This document shows positions 28,420-37,940 of a stretch of 64,000 bases of DNA, in pieces. This stretch comes from a virus (taxonomy: Duplodnaviria; Heunggongvirae; Uroviricota; Caudoviricetes), in IMG/VR virus record IMGVR_UViG_3300025896_000023; one strand, given 5' to 3'. Positions within the stretch are counted from its first letter, which is position 1; each line of letters opens with the position of its first letter. The translations under genes and the position numbers were made by a program. The notes under the pieces are model-generated. The model was not told the origin of the DNA, searched no databases, and saw only the letters and a program-made list of their open reading frames with translations.

Positions 28420-29254
28420 ATCGATTTTAGTAATTATTTCAGTATTATTAGTATTAATATTTTTAGCAAATTCATGTGAGCGTATAGACGCAGGACATGT
28501 TGGAGTACAGGTTAACCTTTATGGAAGTGGAAAAGGAGTAGATGATGTAACAGCATGTACTGGGGTTGTATTTTTTAATCCAATTTCAACAAAAATTTAT
28601 GAATTTCCAACATATATTCAACATAAAGAATATAAGAAAACAGCAGATACCGATGATTCGTTTATTGTAAACAGTAAAGATGGATCTGAATTCAGGGTTT
28701 CACCTATTATGAACTACTCTGTTAAGGCAGAAATGGTACCTGCAATCTTTGCAAAATACCGTAGATCTTTACCGGAAATTGAGGAAGGATTTTTAAAGAC
28801 TGCAGTTTATGATGCATTTCGATTAGCTACTAATAAATATACAGCTGATGAATTAATTTCGAACCGTGCAATATTTGAGGTAGAAGTACGAAGATTATTA
28901 GAAGGACAATTACTTAAGGAAGGATTTATTATTAATCAATTTACTTCAAATTTAATTTATCCTGAAACATTTAAACGATCAATTGAAGCAAAAAATAACG
29001 CAGTACAATCGGCATTACAAGCTGAAAATCAAGTTAAAACAGCAGAAGCACAGGCTAAAATTAAAGTTGCAACGGCAAATGGTAATGCTCAAGCTATGTT
29101 AACTGCAGCCAAAGCCGAAGCCGAGGCAAATAGTTTAAAACAAAAAACTATTACACCTATGTTACTTCAATTAGAATGGATTAATAAATGGAATGGTAAA
29201 TTACCCGTAACAATGTTAGGTGATAAAACAAATTCAATGATCGGTATTAAATAA
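28409..29254 (+). CDS. SPFH/band-7 (prohibitin/stomatin-like) domain protein with N-terminal anchor
   Basis: N-terminal TM; AEAQAKIKVATANGNAQAMLTAAKAEAEA coiled segment typical of SPFH C-termini. Confidence 0.5.
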   Translation: MRIKSILVIISVLLVLIFLANSCERIDAGHVGVQVNLYGSGKGVDDVTACTGVVFFNPISTKIYEFPTYIQHKEYKKTADTDDSFIVNSKDGSEFRVSPIMNYSVKAEMVPAIFAKYRRSLPEIEEGFLKTAVYDAFRLATNKYTADELISNRAIFEVEVRRLLEGQLLKEGFIINQFTSNLIYPETFKRSIEAKNNAVQSALQAENQVKTAEAQAKIKVATANGNAQAMLTAAKAEAEANSLKQKTITPMLLQLEWINKWNGKLPVTMLGDKTNSMIGIK

Positions 29255-29280
29255 GACATCATATATAAGATTAAATTAAA

Positions 29281-29302
29281 GGTCCCTATAGGGACCTTTT
29301 TT
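29281..29302 (+). terminator. rho-independent terminator
   Basis: GGTCCCTATAGGGACC then TTTTTTC. Confidence 0.65.
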
Positions 29303-29393
29303 CTGTTAATAACTTTTTGAAAACATGTGTAAATAAATTTTCATGGTTCAAATATTATAGTTATATTTACATTATAATTAAAACAAACAAATT
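29303..29393 (+). promoter_or_regulatory. full composite module copy immediately after a terminator
   Basis: CTGTTAATAACTTTTTG ... TTTTCATGGTTCAAATATTATAGTTATATTTACAT. Confidence 0.55.
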
Positions 29394-29618
29394 ATGATAC
29401 GAAGTAAACAAGAAACTAACCAACCAATTATCATAGACCTTACCGGTCCTGATGGAAATGCATTTGCGCTTATGGCCTACGCTAAAAGATTTGCAACTCA
29501 ATTATGTTGGAAAGATAAAGGTTCTGCACTTATCGAAGATATGATGAGTAGTGATTACGAACATCTTTTGGAAGTATTCGATAATGCATTTGGAGAATTT
29601 GTAATCTTAGAAAGATAG
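29394..29618 (+). CDS. hypothetical protein
   Basis: 74 aa after a promoter module. Confidence 0.4.
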   Translation: MIRSKQETNQPIIIDLTGPDGNAFALMAYAKRFATQLCWKDKGSALIEDMMSSDYEHLLEVFDNAFGEFVILER

Positions 29619-29620
29619 TT

Positions 29621-30265
29621 ATGAAAATAGTAGTAGAAAAAGGACAAAGAGTATTTTTTACAAGTGATACTCATTATAACCATACTAATATATGTGGAGG
29701 TATTTCTCAATGGGATGGTTCAAGAGGAACACGTGAGTTTAATACATTGCACCAGATGAATCAAGTTCTGGTAGATAATATAAACAATACAGTAGGAGAA
29801 AATGACGTATTAATTCACCTAGGTGACTGGAGTTTTGGTGGAATTGAGAAAATATCTGAGTTTAGAAACCGAATAGTTTGTAAAAACATTCACCTAATCT
29901 TAGGAAATCATGACCATCATATTGAAAATGACAAGGAGGATGTTAGAGATAATTTCTTAAGTGTTAATCATTACGCATATGTTACTGTGGTAATGCAGGC
30001 AATTTCTAAGAACCTTCCTGCACAAAAGAACAGATTTATATTAAGTCACTACCCAATGGCAAGTTGGCAAGATATGGGACAAGGGGTTATGCATTTACAT
30101 GGCCATGTTCATTTACCGAAAGGTAGAAGAGTAGGTCCAGGCAGAATGATGGATGTTGGAGTTGATGGAAACGATTTAAAACCAATTGAATTACGTGATG
30201 TTCTTTCTATTTTAAATAAGCAACCTATTAAATCAATGTTTGCGTTTAAAGACCACCATGAATAA
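29621..30265 (+). CDS. calcineurin-like metallophosphoesterase
   Basis: FTSDTHYNH...LIHLGDWSFG...LGNHDHH...GHVHL. Confidence 0.55.
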   Translation: MKIVVEKGQRVFFTSDTHYNHTNICGGISQWDGSRGTREFNTLHQMNQVLVDNINNTVGENDVLIHLGDWSFGGIEKISEFRNRIVCKNIHLILGNHDHHIENDKEDVRDNFLSVNHYAYVTVVMQAISKNLPAQKNRFILSHYPMASWQDMGQGVMHLHGHVHLPKGRRVGPGRMMDVGVDGNDLKPIELRDVLSILNKQPIKSMFAFKDHHE

Positions 30266-30510
30266 GAAACAAAACTTTAATTTTTTATATAATATCAGTA
30301 TGGCATATTACAATGGACCTAGGAGAAAAAAGAAGGTAGATCCTTCAATAGTAAGACGTAGAACTACTGCTGAAGATTTTGAAAATACCCTAAGCAGGGC
30401 AAAGATCGACGATAACCAAGTAAATTTGCATAGTACATTTAAAACAATAGATGGTGTACCTCACAAATTTAAAGAAGGTAAATGGATTCCACTAACTAAA
30501 ATTTAAAAAA

Positions 30511-30933
30511 ATGAAAGCAACATTAAATCACAAATTAAAAAGAATTAAGCAAAAATTTTATATCTGGAGAAAATCAACATTTGATTCAACATATAAGGGA
30601 GAGGTTGATAGCCAACAAACTTCAGCTTATTTAATTTGTAAAAAACTAATTGAAAAACCAGGAGCAATTCTTTTGATGTCTCCATTGAGTGGTAAAAGGT
30701 ATATCAAATTAGATAGTGATGAAATTTTTGTAATTATTAGTTCAACCTCTATTCAAATTATTAATCATGTTTATAGTTATACAATTCCAATTGGAGGTAG
30801 AATTTTAAATAAAACATTGGATGTTTTTGATAGTAAAATGGAAGATACTCGTTCAAAAATGGAGAACAATATGAAAGGAAATATTCAAAAATCATTAAAT
30901 CAAATCAAAAAAGAATTAGATAATAATTTATAA
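30511..30933 (+). CDS. hypothetical protein
   Basis: 140 aa. Confidence 0.4.
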   Translation: MKATLNHKLKRIKQKFYIWRKSTFDSTYKGEVDSQQTSAYLICKKLIEKPGAILLMSPLSGKRYIKLDSDEIFVIISSTSIQIINHVYSYTIPIGGRILNKTLDVFDSKMEDTRSKMENNMKGNIQKSLNQIKKELDNNL

Positions 30934-31414
30934 AAAGTTTCAATTTAAAACCAAACAAACATGAAAAATTTAATCGGAGGATTATCAGTAGAATTAGACA
31001 ATGACACAATTATGATTAGAGATTCTAAAACTTCTGAGCTTATACAGGCAAAGGTGGTCTCAGCAAATGATGCAGTAGATACCTATATGAATTTGGTTAA
31101 AGTATTAAAAGAAAAACATGCTAAACGTATCGCGTAATGATTAAAGTACAAACAAACACGTATGATTCCTCAACTGTAAAGGCGTCATCATATGATTATG
31201 CGACAAAAGATTTAATAGTAGTATTTGTTCATGCTACTTATCTTTATAAGAATGTAAATGAGACAGATTATTTATCATTTGCAAATGATAAATCACAAGG
31301 TATTGCACTTAACAATGTGATTAAAGGAAAGTACGACTTTGAAAAGTGCGAAGATGAAAAATAATGATTACATTTATTGGAATGATGAATGGAATCCACC
31401 AATTATAAAATAAT

Positions 31415-31777
31415 ATGGAAAGATTTATAATACATAAGAACCTTAAAAAGGTTGAAATCCTAATGAGCTTTCATAAAACAGAAGATGGTAAAGAATTACC
31501 AAAGGTAATTGCCCTTGCAGAATCAACAAGAAGGCCTTATGTTTCCGAAAAGTGGAGTAACCTTGGTGAAATTACATATAAAGCTTCTTATAACAAAAGA
31601 AATGGTAATCTTGTAAAGAATTATTATTTAGTATGGGGAGATGACGATCGATTTGAAGAGTCAGGATTCCAACGTTTAACCACATCGTCTGGTAGAAAGG
31701 TATCATTTAAATCTGCATTAAAGATTTTTAATGATGCAAGAAAAGCAACAGAATTTTTAAACTTTTCTAAGATTTAA
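31415..31777 (+). CDS. hypothetical protein
   Basis: 120 aa. Confidence 0.4.
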   Translation: MERFIIHKNLKKVEILMSFHKTEDGKELPKVIALAESTRRPYVSEKWSNLGEITYKASYNKRNGNLVKNYYLVWGDDDRFEESGFQRLTTSSGRKVSFKSALKIFNDARKATEFLNFSKI

Positions 31778-31787
31778 GATATAAAAC

Positions 31788-32012
31788 ATGACATTAAGAG
31801 AAAGGTTTCAGCAATGGTTTATTAATGACGAAGATGAACACTATGAAGGGATGGTAGAAACTGTTGCTATCGAACATGAAAAAATAGCAGATGATTTTGC
31901 TATTGGATTTACAGATTGGTGTATTGAAAATGAGGTGTTTTACGCAATAAAGTTTGGTAGGATGCAAACAAAAGCAATATTAGAAATTTATAAAAAAGAA
32001 AAAGGATTATGA
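31788..32012 (+). CDS. hypothetical protein
   Basis: 74 aa; its 3' end lies inside a 27-bp direct repeat. Confidence 0.35.
   Translation: MTLRERFQQWFINDEDEHYEGMVETVAIEHEKIADDFAIGFTDWCIENEVFYAIKFGRMQTKAILEIYKKEKGL
31986..32012 (+). repeat. 27-bp direct repeat ATTTATAAAAAAGAAAAAGGATTATGA, copy 1
   Basis: Identical to 32166..32192. Confidence 0.7.
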
Positions 32013-32173
32013 TAACAATTATTGGATATATCTTATCAATTATATTATTAATAATAATAGTATTATTTTTTATAGTTTTATGGTTTAATGAAGAGGAAGA
32101 ACCTAATGGAAATTCACAACAAAGTGAAAGACAAAAAAGAAATGATGATTACGATAATAATATTTATTTATAA
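32009..32173 (+). CDS. micro membrane protein (54 aa, not in ORF track) bracketed by direct repeats
   Basis: ATG at 32009; single long TM, acidic tail; flanked by identical 27-mers. Confidence 0.35.
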   Translation: MITIIGYILSIILLIIIVLFFIVLWFNEEEEPNGNSQQSERQKRNDDYDNNIYL

Positions 32174-32192
32174 AAAAGAAAAAGGATTATGA
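32166..32192 (+). repeat. 27-bp direct repeat, copy 2
   Basis: Identical to 31986..32012. Confidence 0.7.
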
Positions 32193-32869
32193 GGTATATT
32201 TCAATCGATATCGAAACAACAGGATTAGACTCAGAAACAAATCAAATTCTTTCAATAGGAGCAGTAATAGAAGATACGTTAAATCCTCTTCCATTTGAAC
32301 AGTTGCCAAAATTTCACGCAGTTATAAAACGTGAAAGTGTTTATGGAAGTATTTTTGCATTGAACCTAAACAAAGATTTAATCCAAGCAATGAAGGATTA
32401 TTCTGAAGCAAAAACAGATGAATTTAAACAAGAAATTGAAGAATCTTTTGGAGCTAAGTTTTACCATGAAGATGAGGTTGTTGAAGCACTTTACCATTTT
32501 TGTTATAGAAATGGATTAGTTCCATTTGACCCTAATTTCTTAAATAAACAAATTAAAGTAGTTGATGGTATTGCATATCCAATCTTAGGTTCAAATATGG
32601 TTAAAACTTATTTAAACTGTGCCGGTAAAAACTTTGCAGGATTTGACAAGAAATTCTTAGAGAAATTGCCAAGATGGAAACAAGTATTTTCAATTAGAAG
32701 CAGAGTATTAGACCCAGGAATCTTATTTGTTGATTGGATTAATGATGAGAGCATTCCAAGTTTAGATCAATGCAAAGAGCGCGCAGGAATTAAGGGTGTT
32801 GTAACTCATAATGCTGTTGAAGATGCAATGGATGTTGTAATGTTACTTAGACAATGTTATAAATCATAG
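32189..32869 (+). CDS. DEDD-family 3'-5' exonuclease
   Basis: ISIDIETTGLD (Exo I) and HNAVEDAMDV (Exo III, DEDDh). Confidence 0.55.
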   Translation: MRYISIDIETTGLDSETNQILSIGAVIEDTLNPLPFEQLPKFHAVIKRESVYGSIFALNLNKDLIQAMKDYSEAKTDEFKQEIEESFGAKFYHEDEVVEALYHFCYRNGLVPFDPNFLNKQIKVVDGIAYPILGSNMVKTYLNCAGKNFAGFDKKFLEKLPRWKQVFSIRSRVLDPGILFVDWINDESIPSLDQCKERAGIKGVVTHNAVEDAMDVVMLLRQCYKS

Positions 32870-33326
32870 GGATGGGACTACTTCAAAAAATATCATGGAA
32901 CACAAGAAAATGGAACCTTAAGTTTAATTTACTTGAAGTTTATTTACATGATGGTGATGGATGTTGGGGATTTTCATTTTGTGAAGTAATTAAAAAATAT
33001 AGGCCATACTCATTATTATCGATTGAGTTTAGATTGCCAAATGGGGCTGAAAGAACAAAGGTACAGATTACAAATTGGGACTTTCTTTATTTAAGTACAC
33101 CATTATATGATTGGTATCTTGATTTAGATGAAAGTATCACATGGGGGCATAAACCAACGAGAGTTCAAAGGATAGGAATCAATATTGTACAAAAACTTTT
33201 TAAATAATGTGGATAGGAATTGGAATAATAATTATTGCGCTATTAGTATGGTCATGGCTTTTTTACGAGATAAAGAATGCACCTGAAATCGATGAAAATG
33301 GTAATATAATCACCAAGAAAAAAGAT

Positions 33327-33408
33327 AAAAATTAACAAAACTTTAACACCTGAGATTATTTAGTCTCAGGTTTTTTGTTTATATTTACATTATAATTAAA
33401 ACAAACAA
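33327..33408 (+). promoter_or_regulatory. class-B unit: AAAAATTAACAAAACTTTAACAC, terminator, TTTTTTGTTTATATTTACATTATAATTAAAACAAACAA
   Basis: Third class-B copy. Confidence 0.45.
33349..33376 (+). terminator. rho-independent terminator
   Basis: CCTGAGA-TTATTTAG-TCTCAGG then TTTTTTG. Confidence 0.65.
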
Positions 33409-33725
33409 ATGATGACACGTAAACTAGAAATTTTAGGATTGATTGAATTAACATCAAAGAGACAAGCAAACAACGGAACGTTAAGATTTCACGATCCAAT
33501 TACAAGCTGCGATTATTTTAGTTATGCTAGTGGGTATGTTCGACGCAAACCAAGAAATACAGTAATCTATCAATTAAATAAAAAAATAACGGTTAAGAGA
33601 GAATCTCAATATAGGGCAGGCACTTTTTTCGAATGTTACGAAAGAGTAATGGAAATGTCTGAAGAAAAAAGAATCGATATTATTGCAAGAGCAACTGTAA
33701 ACTTTAGAAAATATCTAAACAAATA

Positions 33726-34289
33726 ATGAATTGCCTGATAGTTATAGCGCATCCAGATCGTACGTCCTTTGAGAATACAAAACTCATAAAGACTTTGAAA
33801 ATGCGATATACAAAGGATGGACATAAGGTAAATATAGTTGATCTTTATCTTGATGATTATAATCCATCTTCATTTGTTGGAGATCTTTCAAATATTAATG
33901 ATAACGCATTTGCAAAATCATATAGACATTTAATAAAAACGTCAAACCATATTTGGATTATTTCACCAACAAGATGGTTATCAATGTCTCCTTTAGTCGA
34001 AGGATTTATTGACCAGGTATTTATCAGTGGGTTTGCATTTAAGGACGGTAGAGGACTTCTAGGTGATAGAAAACTTGGAGTAGTATTAACATCTACTTCA
34101 CCTAATAATGTAAGATGGAAGACCTTAGATATAATGTGGGTAAGACTTAAGTTAATGGTATTTCCTCAAGTATTTAAGTTTAAAAACATTAAAATATATC
34201 AAATTTGGAATGTTAAAAAATCTACAAACCTAGAACTCAATACACACCTACAGAGAATAAATCAAATTGTTAATAACTTTTTGAAATAA
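33726..34289 (+). CDS. flavodoxin-like fold NAD(P)H-dependent oxidoreductase-like protein
   Basis: MNCLIVIAHPDRTSFENTKL...VNIVDLY pattern; C-terminus encodes the conserved palindrome element. Confidence 0.4.
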   Translation: MNCLIVIAHPDRTSFENTKLIKTLKMRYTKDGHKVNIVDLYLDDYNPSSFVGDLSNINDNAFAKSYRHLIKTSNHIWIISPTRWLSMSPLVEGFIDQVFISGFAFKDGRGLLGDRKLGVVLTSTSPNNVRWKTLDIMWVRLKLMVFPQVFKFKNIKIYQIWNVKKSTNLELNTHLQRINQIVNNFLK

Positions 34290-34347
34290 ATGTTTCACAG
34301 TTCAAATATTATAGTTATATTTACATTATAATTAAAACAAACAAATT
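34265..34347 (+). promoter_or_regulatory. full composite module copy (palindrome block lies inside the upstream gene's last codons ...NQIVNNFLK)
   Basis: Upstream of DNA ligase. Confidence 0.55.
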
Positions 34348-35640
34348 ATGTACTTAGACGAAATACAAGAGTTTATAGATGCTCAGAATTCTACAAATTC
34401 AAATACTGACAAATTAAATGTTTTAAAGCAATACGCAGATAATGAATCTGTAAAAAAAGCGCTTGAATATACATATAACACATTTAAACAGTATGGTGTT
34501 ACTTCAACAAATTGCAAGAAACTTAGCCATCTTTCGAGTTATGGTTTTTCTTCTCTTTTTGATTTATTAGATGATTTAAATTCTAGACATCTTACCGGAC
34601 ATAATGCAATTAGTTGTGTTAATGGATTTGTAGAGGCAAATAAAAGACACGAGGATTTAATCTTTTCTATTATTGATAGAAATCTTAAAACTCGTTCAAC
34701 AACCTCCATGATTAACAAGGTGATTCCTAATTTAATTCCAACGTTTGATGTTGCTTTGGCAAATTCATATGATGAAAAAACTGCAAAGAAAGTTAACATG
34801 AATGAAGATGTTTGGTACGTTAGTAGAAAATTAGATGGATGCAGATGTATTTGTATTATTGATGAAAATGGAGAACCTACTTATTTTTCAAGAGGAGGAA
34901 ATGAATTTCTAACACTTAAAAATTTAGATGCTGAAATCATTTCGTTAGGTCTTAAGAATATGGTAATTGATGGAGAAATTTGTATGATGGATGCAAATGG
35001 AAATGAGAATTTCCAAGGTATCATTAAAGAAATCAAACGCAAAGATCATACGATTAAAAATCCATTCTTTTATATGTTTGATATTCTAACAATGGATGCG
35101 TTTATTACAAAGGAAGGAACAACTCCATTTTCAATTAGAAATGTTCAATTAGACAATTTATTCTTTGAAAAGGAATTTAAAAATATTGGATATTTAGAAC
35201 AAACGATTTTGATTGATGAAAAAATGTTAACCTATTACATTGGAGTAGCCAAAGAGCAGGGATGGGAAGGACTTATGTTACGCAAAGATGCAACATACCA
35301 AGGAAAACGTAGTAATGATATTTTAAAGGTTAAGCAATTTTATGATGCAGAATATATAGTAGTTGATTTAGAGAATGCAATCAATAGGGTTATAGTTGAT
35401 GGTAAAGAGGTTGAAGAGATGATGTTAAAAAATATCATTATAGAACATAAAGGAAGCAGAGTGCAAGTTGGTAGTGGATTTTCACATGAACAAAAACGTC
35501 ATTACTTTACAAATCCTAAAGAAATTCTTGGAAAACAAGTGACGGTACAGTATTTCGAAGAAACACATAACCAGAACGGCGGTACAAGCTTAAGATTTCC
35601 AACTATAAAAACAGTATGGGAAACTAAAAGAAATATCTAA
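34348..35640 (+). CDS. ATP-dependent DNA ligase
   Basis: Motif I SRKLDGCRC (KxDGxR); EGLMLRKD; DILKVKQF. Confidence 0.7.
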   Translation: MYLDEIQEFIDAQNSTNSNTDKLNVLKQYADNESVKKALEYTYNTFKQYGVTSTNCKKLSHLSSYGFSSLFDLLDDLNSRHLTGHNAISCVNGFVEANKRHEDLIFSIIDRNLKTRSTTSMINKVIPNLIPTFDVALANSYDEKTAKKVNMNEDVWYVSRKLDGCRCICIIDENGEPTYFSRGGNEFLTLKNLDAEIISLGLKNMVIDGEICMMDANGNENFQGIIKEIKRKDHTIKNPFFYMFDILTMDAFITKEGTTPFSIRNVQLDNLFFEKEFKNIGYLEQTILIDEKMLTYYIGVAKEQGWEGLMLRKDATYQGKRSNDILKVKQFYDAEYIVVDLENAINRVIVDGKEVEEMMLKNIIIEHKGSRVQVGSGFSHEQKRHYFTNPKEILGKQVTVQYFEETHNQNGGTSLRFPTIKTVWETKRNI

Positions 35641-36233
35641 TGCTGATTGCACCTCCTACTGGTTCTTATGAATTAGAACTTTATATACAATGGTTAAAGA
35701 AACATAACCTTACATGCAATATATTAACGCCTGACGTTACCAAAATAGATCAACCATTATTATTATGTGGAGGAGCAGATGTCGGTATAAATAAAAGGAG
35801 AGATAGGTTAGAATTTAATTGGATACGAAGTGCTATTGAAAATGGACAACCTATAATTGGAGTGTGTAGGGGAATGCAACTCTTGAACGTTTATTTTGGA
35901 GGAATAGTAAAAAGTTTAAATGAAACTATTACCGAATCACATAGATTAGATTCATTTGAAGACGATGATGACCACGGCAAGAGAGTTTCACAATACCATT
36001 TGGTAAAGGATCTTGATGGAAACCAAATAATGGTTAATAGCAGACACCATCAATATTGTTATAAGATTGCAAAGAATTTTAAAGTAACATATACATCAAT
36101 TGATGGTGGAAATATACCAGAGGCGTTTGAAGATAGGTCACGTGGTATTTATGCAGTTCAATGGCATCCTGAAAGATTTGAGTCTGATAATAATATGATT
36201 CCATTAAACTTTTTAAATGAAACAAATATTTAA
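35640..36233 (+). CDS. class I glutamine amidotransferase-like protein (C26 / gamma-glutamyl hydrolase type)
   Basis: GVCRGMQLLNVYFGG nucleophile elbow; HH pair near the C-terminus; ATGCTGA overlap with ligase. Confidence 0.55.
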   Translation: MLIAPPTGSYELELYIQWLKKHNLTCNILTPDVTKIDQPLLLCGGADVGINKRRDRLEFNWIRSAIENGQPIIGVCRGMQLLNVYFGGIVKSLNETITESHRLDSFEDDDDHGKRVSQYHLVKDLDGNQIMVNSRHHQYCYKIAKNFKVTYTSIDGGNIPEAFEDRSRGIYAVQWHPERFESDNNMIPLNFLNETNI

Positions 36234-36706
36234 TATCTAATAAAATAAACATGGAAGAGCAAGGTACATTATTAGAAGAGGCAAGTTTTAGATTCTCACA
36301 AGATGCCAATTGTCTGTCAGATGCAGATGATTATGAATTCTTAGAAATAGAAACACGTTCAAGTTTAGGAATTGATAGAGATGAAGATTGCTTCTTTATA
36401 TTAAAGACACAAAAATGGTCAGTCGATTCAATCGAAGATCTTGAAAAACTATTTAATCGAATTAAAAAAGTAATTGAAAATGTCAGTAAATAAAAAAGTT
36501 ACAATAGTTGGTGATGAATTTAGAACTAACCTATTATCATTAACTGAAGGAGGATCTACTGTTGAAGTACATTATGTAAACAGAGTTAAAGTTTATACTA
36601 ATGTAAAAAATACAACAGCATATATTAACGCAATTAAATTAAAGAATGAAACAATTAATGAAAAGATTGTAGAGGTTTATATTAATGGTGTAAAAACAAA
36701 ACATGT

Positions 36707-36916
36707 ATGGCCAAAAGAGTAGTATCAACAACAGTTTGCACAAATTGCTTAGATGAATTTGTAACAAAGGAAATGTACACTGTCGTTAGAAAATCACACA
36801 GAGGAGTTCCAGATAATAATGAAGAATATTATACACCATATTGTGAGGAATGTATAAAAGATACAAGTTTTTATTTAAGAATATTAAAAGAACCTACTCC
36901 ATTACAAAAGAAATAG
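36707..36916 (+). CDS. small Cys-rich (zinc-ribbon-like) protein
   Basis: CTNCLDEF ... YCEECIKD. Confidence 0.35.
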   Translation: MAKRVVSTTVCTNCLDEFVTKEMYTVVRKSHRGVPDNNEEYYTPYCEECIKDTSFYLRILKEPTPLQKK

Positions 36917-37112
36917 ATATATAAAAACAAAGCATATACTATGGAATTTATAATTGGATTAGTAATTATTACAGGAATTGTAATTTACTTAAAAACTAGA
37001 AAAAGCAAAGCAAATAATAATACAAATTATTATAATTATTAAAAATAAATGAAACTTTTTTGTTTAGACTTATATAAATATAGTAATTAATTAATATTTA
37101 AAACAAACAAAA

Positions 37113-37289
37113 ATGGAAGATTTATTAAACCAAATCGTAGCAGCAGTTGATTCAGTAAGAGAAGACGCAGCTAAATTTGAAGAAAAAGGAAATGGTGCTG
37201 CTGGAACTAGGGTTCGTAAGGCAATGCAAACTATTAAGACCCTTGCACAGGATGTAAGAGTTCAAGTATCTGAGGCTAAAAAAGTCTAA
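37113..37289 (+). CDS. histone H1/Hc1-like small basic DNA-binding protein (58 aa, not in ORF track)
   Basis: MEDLLNQIVAAVDSVREDAAKFEEKGNGAAGTRVRKAMQTIKTLAQ matches the Bacteroidota histone-H1 family pattern. Confidence 0.6.
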   Translation: MEDLLNQIVAAVDSVREDAAKFEEKGNGAAGTRVRKAMQTIKTLAQDVRVQVSEAKKV

Positions 37290-37579
37290 TTGATTTAAAA
37301 AACTGTTCGAGTAGGCATTAAGACTTATTCACTCTAATGCTAAAGTGGTGGACTCCATATAAAGATAAAGGTTACTAATCAAAAACGACATTGAATAGTT
37401 CTGATACTGGACTTGAGATTAGCGCGGTTAAATTCCGAAGTGATATAAGTTTTAAATGGGATAGGCTAGTTTCTTATATTGCAAATTTTTAAATGATATA
37501 TATTATCGATGTTCTTATACATATTAAATTATTAAAGGTTCCTTACAGCAATTAAATTCTATAAGGAAACAGAAGTCGA

Positions 37580-37608
37580 AAGACGTTGTAGGTTCGAGTC
37601 CTACCTCT
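37580..37608 (+). ncRNA. orphan T-arm plus 3' acceptor module (GTAGG-TTCGAGT-CCTAC CTCTCCA); its 5' complement TGGAGAG lies 22 nt downstream, not upstream
   Basis: No upstream partner within 300 nt. Confidence 0.25.
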
Positions 37609-37683
37609 CCAACAAATATTAAATTATTTGGAGAGTGGAGGAATTGGTATACTCATCTGTCAAAGAAAACGGAACCTGTATTT

Positions 37684-37756
37684 GGGGCTATGGTGAAATT
37701 GGTTATCACGCTGCCCTTGCACGGCTGTATTCAGAGTTCGAATCTCTGTAGCTCCA
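37684..37756 (+). tRNA. tRNA-Ala (anticodon TGC)
   Basis: Hand fold: acceptor GGGGCTA/TAGCTCC with G3-U70, D stem GTGA/TCAC, anticodon loop CTTGCAC, T arm CAGAG-TTCGAAT-CTCTG. Confidence 0.8.
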
Positions 37757-37940
37757 CTATATTTTTAAAGGATACGTTCAGCAAATTAAAAAACTTGATC
37801 TGTAAATTCAACAAAAAGTTATCCTGTAAAATATTAAAATGCTCGGGTGGTGAAACTAGTAGACACGCAATTAAATAATATTTAAAATTGTAAAAATATA
37901 GCACAGACGTAGATATATATAATAAACAAGTACTAATATT

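Noticed and set aside
37290-37683. tmRNA (including permuted or two-piece) hypothesis for the region carrying the orphan T-arm at 37580 and the downstream TGGAGAG
   Set aside because: No tag-peptide-like reading frame (…ANDENYALAA-type) and no pseudoknot pattern could be recognised by eye. Kept only as an unexplained permuted half-tRNA observation.
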